A DNA stretch of 64,000 bases. Source: Squalus acanthias (Eukaryota). Made by a program: the position numbers and the translations under genes. This document shows positions 39,960 to 50,775 of this stretch, piece after piece. Location of the stretch: contig CM059432.1 of NCBI GenBank assembly GCA_030390025.1, forward strand, positions 7,254,001-7,318,000. The letters run 5' to 3'. Every line of letters begins with the position of its first letter. Position 1 is the first letter of the stretch. The notes beneath the pieces were generated by a model that did not search any database, was not told the DNA's origin, and saw nothing but the letters and a program-made list of their open reading frames with translations.

Positions 39960-40280
39960 CATAAACAGCAATGTGACCAGATAATCTGTTTTTAGTGATG
40001 TTGGTTGAGGGATAAATATTGTCCAGGGCACCGGGGAGAACTCCCCTGATGATCTATCGAAACATTGCCATGGGCCCTTTTACATCCACCTGAGAGAGCA
40101 GACGGGGGCTTAGTTTAACATCTCATCGGAAAGACGGCACCTCCGACAGTGCAGCACTCCCTCAGTACTGCACTGGAGTGTCAGCCTAGATTTTGTGCTC
40201 AAGTCTCTGGAGTGGGACTTGAACCCACAGCCTTCCGACCCAGAGGTGAGAGTGCTACCCACTGAGTCACAGCTGACACC
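39960..40280 (-). mobile_element. Deu-type SINE
   Basis: tRNA-like head at ~40200-40280 on the minus strand. Confidence 0.78.
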
Positions 40281-40294
40281 TTTTGGTGGGGAGG

Positions 40295-40765
40295 GGATGA
40301 TACCAGAACTGAGAGGCTATAGCTATCAGGAAAGATTGAACAGGCTGGGGCTCTTTTCTCTAGAAAAGAGAAGGCTGAGGGGGTGACCTGATAGAGGTCT
40401 TTAAGATTATGAAAGGGTCTGATAGGTTAGACGTAGAGAAGATGTTTCCACTTGTGGGGGTGACCAAAACTAGAGGCCATAAATATAAGATAATCACTAA
40501 TAAATCCAATAGGAAATTCAGGAGAGACTTCTTTACCCAGAGAGTGGTGAGAATGTGGAACTCGCTGCCACAGGGAGTAGTTGAGGCGAATAGCAGAGAT
40601 ACATTCACGGGGAAGCTGGATAAACACATGAGGGAGAAAGGAATAGAAGATTATGCTGATAGGGTGAGATGAAGAGGGGTGGGAGGAGGCTGGTGTGGAG
40701 CATAAACACCGGCATGGAGCAGTTGGGCCGAATGGCCTGTTTCTGTGTTGAACATTCTTTGTAAT
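40295..40765 (+). mobile_element. CR1 3' fragment
   Basis: ORF 40409-40672. Confidence 0.85.
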
Positions 40766-41074
40766 TCTCTGTCACACTGACTTTGAGAAATAGATAACAT
40801 GTTGCGGTTAAAAGGCAAAGATTTACAGGAGGCTCCACCTAATTGGCCTTACAGAATGCCACAAGTACGCACAGACTGAGCAACAGATGGCATTGCGTTT
40901 AACAATGCTTAATACTATTTAACTGAAGTTTCAAAATGTCATGAAATCGTCTGAGCTGAGCAGCTCCAGTGCCGGTGAACTAAACTCAGCCTCGGCGGCT
41001 GTTTGCGCCCCGAGTTTATCCCAAAACGGTGAATTCCCCAAACCTCTCGTGTCTGTGAGAAAGTGGGAAAGACA

Positions 41075-41585
41075 AGGATGTGAAGGCCTCAGAGAGGGTG
41101 CAGAAAAGATTTACAAAAATGGTTCCAGGGATGAGGGACTTCAGTTACGTGGATAGGCTGGAGAAGCTGGGGTTGTTCTCCTTGGAGCAGAGAAGGTTGA
41201 GAGGAGATTTGATAGAGGTGTTCAAAATCATGAGGGGTCTAGACAGAGTAGATAGAGAGAAACTGTTCCCATTGGTGGAAGGGTCGAGAACCAGAGGACA
41301 CAGATTTAAGGTGATTGGCAGAAGAACCAAAGGCGACATGAGGAAAAACTTTTTTACGCAGTGAGTGGTTAGGATCTGGATTGCACTGCCTGAAAGGGTG
41401 GTGGAGGCAGATTCAATCGTGGCTTTCAAAAGGGAGTTGGATAAGTACCTGAAGAAAAAAAATTTGCAGGGCTACGGGGAAAGGGCGGGGGAGTGGGACT
41501 GGCTGAAGTGCTCTTGCAGAGAGCCGGCACGGGCTCAATGGGCCGAATGGCCTCCTCCTGTGCTGTAACCATTCTATGATTCTAT
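41075..41585 (+). mobile_element. CR1 3' fragment
   Basis: ORF 41080-41364; ttctatga tail. Confidence 0.88.
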
Positions 41586-41599
41586 AAGAGGGGAACGGA

Positions 41600-43075
41600 C
41601 TGTGATAAAAACAGAGAATGCTGAAAACACTCAGCAGGTCAGGCAGCATCCGTGGAGAGAGAAACAGAGTCAAAGTTTCAGGTCAGTGACGTTTCATCAG
41701 AAGTGGAAGAAGTTAGAGGTGTAACAGATTTTAAGCAAGTACAGGGCAGGGAAAGGGGGGGAGGGGAGGAAAGAACAAAGGGGAAGGTCTGTGATAGGGT
41801 GGAAGGCAGGAGAGATTAAATGACAAAAGGGATGATGGTGCGAGGCAAAAGGAGATGGTAATGGGACAAGTAGAGAAACCAAAGATGGGTCGAGAGGAGG
41901 TGTAAATGGTTACAGTAGAATAGCAGAGGAGGAGCATGGAAAATCTGGCAAAGAGAAGGGTCCCATGGCCCAGGAACAAAAGGTTTCCAAACAACACCCT
42001 TGTGTGCTGCAGACCACCCCGCCAGCTGGGATTCTTACCCTAAGCACTGGCCCACGCTTCCTTCACTCCTTCACTTCTGTAGCTCTGGTGTAGCCTTCCT
42101 CCATCACCCGCACCTGCTGTCTGAGAGAAAATGGAAGCGGTGGTTAAGGTCTAAAGTTGTTCAACTCAATGTGAAGACCTGAAAGCTCGAAAGTGCCGAG
42201 TAGAAAGATGAGATGCTTTTCCTCGAGCTTGCATTGAGTTTCATTAGAGCAGTGTAAGAGGCCGAGGTCAGAGTGGGAGTGGAGCAGAGAATTAAAGTGA
42301 CAAGTGTCGTAAGAATGAGCCTTACGCGTGGTGAACTTAAAGTAAGCTTTAATCAACTAAAAAGGTGCTACATACAAAAGAGGTCTTACTCTATGCCTCT
42401 CCAGGATCCAACTGATCAGTCCAGTATTTATCCTGGACTAATCACAGGAAGTGATGCAATAAAGTTCGAGTCACAGGAAGCTGTATTGTGTTACCACAAC
42501 AAGTGAGCGAAAGCTCGGGGTCACGCTTGTGAACTGAACGGAGGTGTTCAACAAAGCGATCACCCAATCTGTGTATGGTCTCCTCGATGTAGAGGAGACC
42601 GACCGCATCGTGAGCAGCGAATACAGCAGACTAAGTTGAATGAAGTACAAGTAAATCGCTGTTTCAACAGGAAGGAGTGTTTGGGGACCAGGACAATGGG
42701 AAGGGAGGAGGTGAAAGGGCAGGTGTTGCTTCTCCTGCACTTTCAAGGGAAGGTGCCGTGGGAAGTTGAGGCATGTTGGGGTTGATGGAGGAGTGGACCA
42801 GGGTGTTGCGGAGGGAGCGGTCCCTTCGGAATGCTGAAAGGGGAGGGGAAGATGTGTTTGGTGGTGGGATCACGCTGGAGGTGGCGGAAATGGCGGAGGA
42901 TGATCCGTTGAATGTGGAGGCTGGTGGGGTGAAAGGTGGGGACGAGGGGAACCCAATCGTGGTTCTGGGAGGGAGGGGAAGGAGTGAGGGCAGAAGTGTG
43001 AGAATGGGGCGGACACGGTCAACCCTGTCAGTCACGGTGGAGGGGAATCCTCGGCTGAGGAAAAGAGCAAGACTT
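41600..43075 (-). mobile_element. Penelope-like element 3' portion (endonuclease plus tail with degenerate HHR at 41668-41704)
   Basis: Endonuclease motifs as at 37905; tail colinear with 8590-8935; interrupted at ~41920-42110 and by an LTR. Confidence 0.85.
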
Positions 43076-43325
43076 TTCGGCTTGAAATTTCCCGCAGCTT
43101 AAATTAATACAAATGTTGCAAATAACGTTTTGTGCCACTGACTCTGAAGGAAGGAACCAAGCCACACAATTCAAACACCAACAACTGCCTAAACAAAGCA
43201 ACAAAAATAAAGCAGATGCTGGTAATCTGAACGAAAGAAAGAAAGACTTGCATTTCTATAGCGCCTTTCACAACCTCAGGACGTCACAAAGCGCTTTACA
43301 GCCAATGAAGTACTTTTGAAGTGGA
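42138..43325. repeat. Right arm of inner inverted duplication
   Basis: Reverse complement of ~37650-38646 plus a 194-bp LTR insertion. Confidence 0.93.
42305..42498 (+). mobile_element. 194-bp solo LTR
   Basis: TGTCGTAA...TTACCACA termini, 5-bp TSD acaag, AATAAA at ~42458. The empty site is seen in the left arm. Confidence 0.88.
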
Positions 43326-43706
43326 GTCACTGTTGTAATGTGGGAAACGCGGCAGCCAATTTGCGCACAGCAAGTTCCCACAAACAGCAATGTGATAATG
43401 ACCAGATCATCTATCTTTTGTGATGTTGATTGAGGGATAAATACTGGGCCAGGACACCAGGGATAACTCCCCCTGCTCTTCTTCGAATAGTGGCCACGGG
43501 ATCTTTTTTGTCCACCTGAGAGGGCAGACGGGGCCTCGGTTTAACATCTCATCTGAAAGACGGCACCTCAGACAGTGCAACACTCCCTCGGTACTGCACT
43601 GGGAGTGTCAGCCTAGATTTTTGGTGCTCAAGTCTCTGGAGTGGGACTTGAACCCACAAACCTTCTGACTCAGAGGCGAGGGTGCTACCCACTGAGCCAC
43701 ACAGCC
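43234..43706 (-). mobile_element. Full-length Deu-type SINE inserted in a Penelope tail remnant
   Basis: A/B boxes at ~43640-43700; Penelope-tail sequence on both sides. Confidence 0.85.
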
Positions 43707-44060
43707 GAAACAAAAACAAAATCCGAGAAACACTGAGCAGGTCAGGCAGCATTTGTGGAGCGAACCCACAAGGTTTGTTACCCGTCTTCAAAACTGTCTG
43801 ATTTGTTATATTACCTGAAGTGGTAGCTCCTTTTTCAATGTAGCTGACAGTCATTCAAATTCTAACTCCTTAGTGACTATTCTTTGGGACACTTAATTAT
43901 CCTGTACTGTCTAAGTGAACGTGGGAGAGATGGGTCTTATGAAGAGAACGCCAGGCCCTTCGGCATTCCGGGAGGCTTCAAGTTTCAAGGAGTTAGTAGT
44001 CTAGCATCTATCTTAAACATATTTACTTGTAGTAGATCGGGTTGCTAATGAAAAGTCATA

Positions 44061-46310
44061 GGGGGAAAAATTGGGTCGCACCCCCTTTGGGGCGCTAACT
44101 TCGCCGGGGCGCTAACTTCGCCGGGGCGCTATGGCCGAAATTCACTGGTAGCGCCACAAGAGGGAGATGGAGCACTACTGGAAGCGCCCCGCCTCCCTCT
44201 TGGGGCGCTGCGAGTGAATATCACGACGCTACGTTCCGCAGCGCCACGCTCTGCTGCACGTTGCGCCGCGGTACTGCAGGCCTTCCTCCCCTTATTAAAG
44301 GGGAGGGGCCTAGCGCAGTGCGACCCAGGGCCCAACTGGGCCACCGGGGATCGGAGAGCCGGCAAAAGTGGCCCTAGAAATAGTAGATGCATTGCTGATC
44401 ATCTTCCAACATTCGATGGAATCTGGAACTGTACCCATGGATTGGAGGGTAGCTAATGTTACCCCACTATTCAAAAAGGGTGGTAGAGAGAAAGCGGGGA
44501 ATTACAGACCGGTAAGCCTGACATCGGTAGTGGGGAAAATGCTAGAGTCCATTATAAAGGATGTAATAGCTGAGCATTTGAAAAACAGTGACCGGATCGG
44601 ACAACGTCAACATGGATTTACAAAAGGTAAATCGTGCTTGACTAATCTACTGAAATTTTTTGAGGATGTAACTGGGAAAATAGATAAGGGAGAACCAGTA
44701 GATGTGGTGTATTTGGACTTTCAAAAGGCTTTCGATAAGGTCCCGCATAAGAGATTAGCGGGTAAAGTTAAGGCACATGGGATTGGGGGCAAGGTATTGA
44801 CTTGGATAGAGAACTGGTTGGCGGACAGAAAGCAGAGAGTAGGAATTAATGGGTCTTTTTCCGAGTGGCAAGCAGTGACTAGTGGGGTACCGCAGGGATC
44901 GGTCCTTGGACCCCAGCTATTCACAATATACATTAATGATCTAGATAAGGGAATTAAATGTAATATCTCCAAGTTTGCAGATGACACAAAGCTGGGTGGG
45001 AGTGTGTGCAGCGAGGACGATAGCGAGAAACTCCAGGATGATCTGGACAGGTTGGGTGAGTGGGCAGAAGCGTGGCAGATGCAATATAACGTGGATAAGT
45101 GCGAGGTTATCCACTTTGGTGTCAAAAACAGAAAGGCAGACTATTATCTGAATGGCAATAGATTGGGAGAAGGGGAAGTGCAACAAGACCTGGGTGTCCT
45201 TGTGCACCAGTCGCTGAAAGTAAGCATGCAGGTGCAGCAGGCGGTGAAGAAGGCAAATGGTATGTTGGCCTTCATAGCGAAAGGGTTTGAGTATAGGAAC
45301 AGGGGGATGTCCTGCTGCAGTTGTACAGGGCCTTGGTGAGACCACACCTTGAGTACTGTGTGCAGTTTTGGTCGCCTTATCTGAGGAAGGATGTTCTTGC
45401 CATGGAAGGAGTTCAGCGAAGATTCACAAGGCTGATACCTGGGATGGCAGGAATGACATATGAGGAGAGATTGGGTCGATTGGGCTTATACTCACTGGAG
45501 TATAGAAGAATGAGAGGGGATCTCATCGAAACATATAAAATTCTGACAGGTCTGGACAAACTAGATGCAGGAAGAATGTTCCCGATGGTCGGAGAGTCCA
45601 GAACCAGGGGTCATAATCTACGGATAACGGGTAAACCATTTAGGACAGAAATGAGGAAGAATTTCTTCACCCAGAGAGTGGTGAACCTGTGGAATTCTCT
45701 ACCACAGAAGGTAGTTGAGGCGAAGTCATTAAATATATTCAAGGATGAGTTAGACATATTTCTTAAAGCTAAAGGTATCAAGGTATATGGGGAGAAGGCA
45801 GGGACAGGGTACTGAGTTTGGATGATCAGCCATGATCTCATCGAATGGCGGAGCAGGCTCGAGGGGCCGAATGGCCTAATCCTGCTCCTATCTTCTATGT
45901 TTCTAAAAGAGCCCGGCACTCAAGAGAAGTGCCGGGCTCACGGAACGCAGCCGGCACTCCGCGGGGGGGGCGGGGGGGCTGCACAGAAGGCCGGGGACGG
46001 CAACGGGGGCAGGTGCTGTTAGGCGTCCAGCAACAAAAATGGCCGCCTGGCACCTCCCCTTTAATTTGCGCCGCCCCGGTCGCAGGTAGGCCCCCCCCCT
46101 GACCCTGTCGGACATAGCGTCCGGCGGTAAGTCAGGGGGCGCTACCAAAGATTGCAGCCGGGGCGCTGCGCACGGCGATGACATCATTGCCGGAGGCGCA
46201 GCGCCGTGGGCCGCTAATGGTTACCGCCGCCGCCGCTAACCTCCCGCTGAATTTCATGGGAGGCGTTGGCGTCGCCGCGCCCAGGCGCAAATCAACAGAA
46301 CTTTTCCCTC
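44061..46310. mobile_element. GC-rich MITE (TIR gggggaaaaatt), TSD ata, containing a nested CR1
   Basis: Left cata|gggggaaaaatt, right aacttttccctc|ata; 17-bp tandem repeat at ~44091-44130. Confidence 0.75.
44368..45905 (+). mobile_element. Young 5'-truncated CR1 (RT region nearly intact)
   Basis: 323-aa open RT with FADD; single frameshift at a G-run near 45302; 164-aa C-terminus; ttctatgtttct tail. Confidence 0.95.
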
Positions 46311-46459
46311 ATAGAGTCATAACGGCATAGAAGGAGGCCATTCATAGAAACATAGAAACATAGAATCTAGGTGCAGGAGTAGGCCATTCGGCCCGTCGAG
46401 CCTGCCCCACCATTCAATACGATCATGGCTGATCATCCAAATCCAGTACCCTGTCCCTG

Positions 46460-46778
46460 CTTTAATCCCCACAGTACACATATCCCACCCTACCCCCGTA
46501 ACCCCACATATTTAATTCCCCCTAACATATCCCATCCTATCCCCATAACCCCACATATTTAATCCCCCCCTAACATTAAGGGTCAATTTATCATAGCCAA
46601 ATCAACCTACCCTGCACATTTTTGGACTGTGGGAGGAAACCGGAGCACCCGGAGAAAACCCACGCAGACACGGGGAGAATGTGCAAACTCCACACAGACA
46701 GTCACCCGAGGTCAGATTCGAACCCGGGTCTCTGGCGCTGTGAGGCACCAGTGCTAACCACTATGCCACCGTGTTGCC
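46460..46778 (-). mobile_element. V-SINE (HE1-like)
   Basis: Minus strand: ggtggcatagtggttagcac A-box, gggttcgaat B-box, V-domain gtggagtttgcacattctccccgtg...ggtttcctcccacagtccaaa. Confidence 0.88.
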
Positions 46779-46779
46779 C

Positions 46780-47215
46780 ATGGAGTCCGTGCCGGCTCTC
46801 TGTAGAGCAATCCAGTCAGTCCCAATCCCCCGCTCTATCCCCGTAGCCCTGCAAGTTTATTTCCCTCAAGTGCCTATCCAGTCTCCCCTTGAAAACATTG
46901 AGTGTCTCCGCTTCCACCACTTCTGTCGGCAGCGAGTTCCAGGTCCTCACCACTCGCTGCGTAAAAAAGTTTTTCCTCACATCCCCCCTGTATCTCTTGC
47001 CCAAAATCTTAAATCTGAGTCCCCTAGTTCTTGTACCATCAACTAGTGGGAACAGCCTCTCCCCGTCTAGCCCATGCAAACCCATCACAATCTTGTACAC
47101 CTCTATCAAATCACCCCTCAACCTCCTTTTGCTCTAATGAAAACAAATCCAGCTTCTCCAGCCTGTCCTTGTAGCTAAGATCCCCCATCCCCGGAACCAT
47201 TCTGGTAAATCTCAC
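46780..47215 (-). mobile_element. CR1 3' fragment
   Basis: ORF 46816-47121. Confidence 0.85.
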
Positions 47216-48039
47216 ATGGTACTGTCGTGTTTTTGTAAGGAGGTAGATATGGTTGGCGATGATTGGGAAGTGAGAGAATCAGTTGATTTAATTTGTAAGT
47301 GTCCTGTTGTCCATGATTGCATCTATTCAGTTGTGATTTATTTAGTTCATTAATTTGCACTTGGCCTTGCTCGACCAAAGCTTGATTGCATAAACTCGGA
47401 GTGCTTAAATTTAATTAAGCAATTAGTGCTCAGTGTCTGTCATCCTGCTGCAGCAATATTGGATGTATGAAGGGTAAATTTATTAAACTCATCAATTGGT
47501 GCTTGGACCAGTGCTGAGTAAGCCCAAGTGTGTGAAGGGCAGATTTAATTTATCTAGCGAAAATTGTTGCTGCTGGCCTCTTCACCACCACCCCCATCCC
47601 CCTCAATTGCGCATTGTGCCTGGCGGGCAGATTTATTTGCTTTAATAGATTGCCAAGCTTGCTCCCGCACCCCCCAAAGCCCCGTTGCATTTGTCGAGGC
47701 TGCCGTCTATTTACTTTTTGGATACACGAAGAGCTCTTTAAAGTTTTCTCTGGTGACATCTATCTTTGTAATGGATTGGTCGCTGCCTTGTCGCCCCTGA
47801 AGCCTGTTTCCAAGGTGACACGGTTGCTCCACAGGAGGATGTAATTTATTGAGGCTGCGTTTCTAAAAATGAGGAGGAGGTGGAGGTGGAGGTCCGGAGT
47901 AGCAGATGCGGAGTAGGCCGTGGTGGGGAACGAAAGCGCAAAGGGTGTGGGAGAGGACGAGAAGGCAGCAGAGGTCTGAGGGTTGGAGAAATAGGAGTAG
48001 CAGCAGGAGCAGGATCAGCCCTACGACCCCACGACCCCA

Positions 48040-48373
48040 CGACCCCACGACCCTCCGGGATCTCTGCGCTCCTCCAATTCTGGCCTCTTGAGCATCCTCG
48101 AGTTTCATCGCTCCACCATTGGTGGCCGTGCCTTCAGCTGCCGAGGCCCTAAGTTCTGGAATTCCCTCCCTAAACCTCTCCGCCTCTCTACCTCTCTCTC
48201 TCCTCCTTTAAGACGCTCCTTAAAACCTGCCTCTTTGACCAAGCTTTTGGTCACCTGTCCTAATATCTCCTCATGTGGCTCAGTGTCTGATTTTGTTTGA
48301 TAATCGCTCCTGTGAAGCGCCGTGGGACATTTTACTACATTAAAGGCGCTATATAAATGCAAGTTGTTGTTGC
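48040..48373 (+). mobile_element. L2 3' end, preceded by an (acgacccc)n 8-bp tandem
   Basis: GGRAFSCRGPKFWNSLP; (TTG)n tail. Confidence 0.85.
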
Positions 48374-48399
48374 TGGTGTGAGGCAGACCATGGAAAAGG

Positions 48400-48895
48400 G
48401 GGGCAGAGGGCAGGAAGGTTTACGAGGATGTTGCCTGGGCTGGGGAATTTTAGCCACGAGGAAAGATTGGATAGGCTGGGATTATTTTCTTTGGAACAGA
48501 GAGGGCTGAGGGGAGACTGAATTGAGGTGTGTAAAATTAGGAGGGGCCTAGATAGAGTGGATAGGTAGGACCTATTTCCCTTAGCAGAGAAATCAATAAC
48601 CAGGGGGCATAGATTTAAAGTAATTGGTGGGAGGTTTAGAGGGGATTTGAGGAGAAATCCTTTTACCCAGAGTGTGGTTGGGGTCTGGAACTCACTGCCT
48701 GAAAGGGTGGTAGAGGCAGAGACCCTCATCGCATTTAAAAAGTACTTGGATATGCACTTGAGGTGCCGTAACCTACAAGGATACGGACCAAGTGCTGGGA
48801 AGTGGGATTAAGCTGGAGAGCTCTTTGTCGGCCGGCACGGACACGATGGGCCAAATGGCCTCCTTCCGTGCTGTAAACTTCTATGATTCTATGAT
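48400..48895 (+). mobile_element. CR1 3' fragment
   Basis: Similar to 39110-39570. Confidence 0.85.
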
Positions 48896-49244
48896 GAAGG
48901 TAGTGTAGGCTGTGATGGGCGAAGAAAGCTAGGCAGCAGATAGGGTGTGGGCCTCTGAACCTCTGAGCACGGAAAGACAACAGGGTTTTTTGAAATTTAA
49001 AATTAAAATGAATTCATTCGTAAAAGGCCAGCAATAGATAAAATGAAAAATAAATCTTGCCTGCATAAAAGAAAATGGAGGATGGTGACGCGAGACGCAA
49101 TTGAGGCTCGTGTCTCCTAGTGGCCAGAATCTGTAACTGCAGGTCTGGTGACTTACAGTTACCTTGAAGAAGTTCTGCTCTTCTCTTCGACGGGATTTCC
49201 GTTTGGCTCTTCAACCTTGTTCTATTTGATTTCCAGCTCTTCCC

Positions 49245-49282
49245 AGTTCTGATGAAAGGTCATCGACCTGGAAACGTCAACT
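49245..49282 (+). ncRNA. Minimal hammerhead ribozyme motif 1 (one extra G before GAAA)
   Basis: agtt-CTGATGA-a aggtc atc gacct g-GAAA-cGTC-aact. Confidence 0.7.
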
Positions 49283-49509
49283 CTCTTCTCTCTCCACGGA
49301 ATGCTGCCTGGCCTGCTGAGTTTTTCCAGCGTTTTCTGTTGTTATTTCGGATTTCCAGCATCCGCAGTATTTTGCTATCGTATTAGTGTTTGGTTCACTG
49401 CCACCTCTCTTCTTGGAATGCCTACCTTGAAGAAGTTCTGCTCTTCTCTTCGTACGGGTATTTCCGTTTGGCTCTTCAAACCTTGTTCTATTAGATTTCA
49501 GCTCTTCCC

Positions 49510-49546
49510 AGTTCTGATGAAAGGTCATCGACCTGAAACGTCAACT
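49510..49546 (+). ncRNA. Minimal hammerhead ribozyme motif 2
   Basis: agtt-CTGATGA-a aggtc atc gacct-GAAA-cGTC-aact; stem I agtt/aact, stem II aggtc/gacct. Confidence 0.82.
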
Positions 49547-49701
49547 CTCTCTTCTCTCTCCACGGATGCTGCCTGGCCTGCTGAGTGTTCACTGCCACCT
49601 CTCTTCTTGGAATGCCTACCTTGAAGAAGTTCTGCTCTTCTCTTCGACGGGATTTCCGTTTGGCTCTTCAACCTTGTTCTATTTGATTTCCAGCTCTTCC
49701 C

Positions 49702-49738
49702 AGTTCTGATGAAAGGTCATCGACCTGAAACGTCAACT
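49702..49738 (+). ncRNA. Minimal hammerhead ribozyme motif 3
   Basis: Identical core to motif 2. Confidence 0.82.
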
Positions 49739-49994
49739 CTCTTTCTCTCTCCACGGATGCTGCCTGGCCTGCTGAGTTTTTCCAGCGTTTTCTGTTGTTA
49801 TTTCGGATTTCCAGCATCCGCAGTATTTTGCTATCCCATTAACCCTTTTGACCTTGTTTACTTGTTAATATTTGTGCCTATTAAATGTTCCTCCACATCC
49901 GCCTTTGGTGCTCCTGCCTTCCTCCTTTCATCTTCCTGTGTAAATACGGCGTTAAAATAGCTGTTAATCATCTCTGCCATTCTTTCGATATATA

Positions 49995-50775
49995 AAAATA
50001 AAAAAGCAGATTATTATTTAAATGGAGGGAGATTACAAAATGCTGCAGTACAGAGGGATCTGGGGGTCCTTGTGCATGAAACACAAAAAGTTAGCATGCA
50101 GGTACAGCAGGTCATCAGGAAGGCAAATGGAATGTTGGCCTTTATTGCAAAGGGAATGGAGTATAAAAGTAGGGAAGTCCTGTTACAACTGTACAGGGCG
50201 TTGGTGAGACCACACCTGGAGTACTGCGTACAGTTTTGATCTCCTTATTTAAGGAGGGATATACTTGCATTGGAGGCAGTTCAAAGAAGATTCACGAGGT
50301 TGATTCCTGAGATGAGGGGGTTGACTTATGAAGAAAGGTTGAGCAGGCTGGGCCTATACTCATTGGATTTTAGGAGAATGAGTGGTGAACTTATTGAAGC
50401 ATATAAGATACTGAGGGGGCTCGACAAGGTAGATGCAGGGAGGATGTTTCCCCTCGTGGGGGAATCTAGAACTCGGGGGCACAGTTTCAGAATAAAGGGA
50501 TCTCCCATTTAAAACTGAGATGAGGAGGAATTTCTTCTCTCAGAGGGTTGTAAATCTGTGGAATTCTCTGCCCCAGAGAGCCGTGGAGGCTGGGTCATTG
50601 AATATATTTAAGGTGGAGATAGACAGATTTTTGCAAGATATGGGAGTGAAGGGTTATGGGGAGCGGGCAGGGAAATGGAGCTGAGCCCAAGATCAGCCAT
50701 GATCTCATTAAATGGCGGAGCAGGCTCGAGGGGCCAAATGGCCGACTCCTGCTCCTGTTTCTTATGTTCTTATGT
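49995..50775 (+). mobile_element. CR1 3' fragment
   Basis: ORF2 C-terminal motifs; cttatgtt tail. Confidence 0.9.

Larger units (their letters stand above)
49160..49835 (+). mobile_element. Tandem HHR-containing repeat (retrozyme-like or Penelope terminal-repeat multimer)
   Basis: About 2.7 head-to-tail units (264 and 192 nt between HHRs); no credible coding capacity. Confidence 0.85.

Noticed and set aside
42035..42122. Minus-strand exon with good acceptor and GTAAGA donor
   Set aside because: Stops in all three frames, and the acceptor derives from Penelope tail sequence
49160..49835. CRISPR-like array
   Set aside because: Whole units repeat with no unique spacers; eukaryotic context with no cas genes
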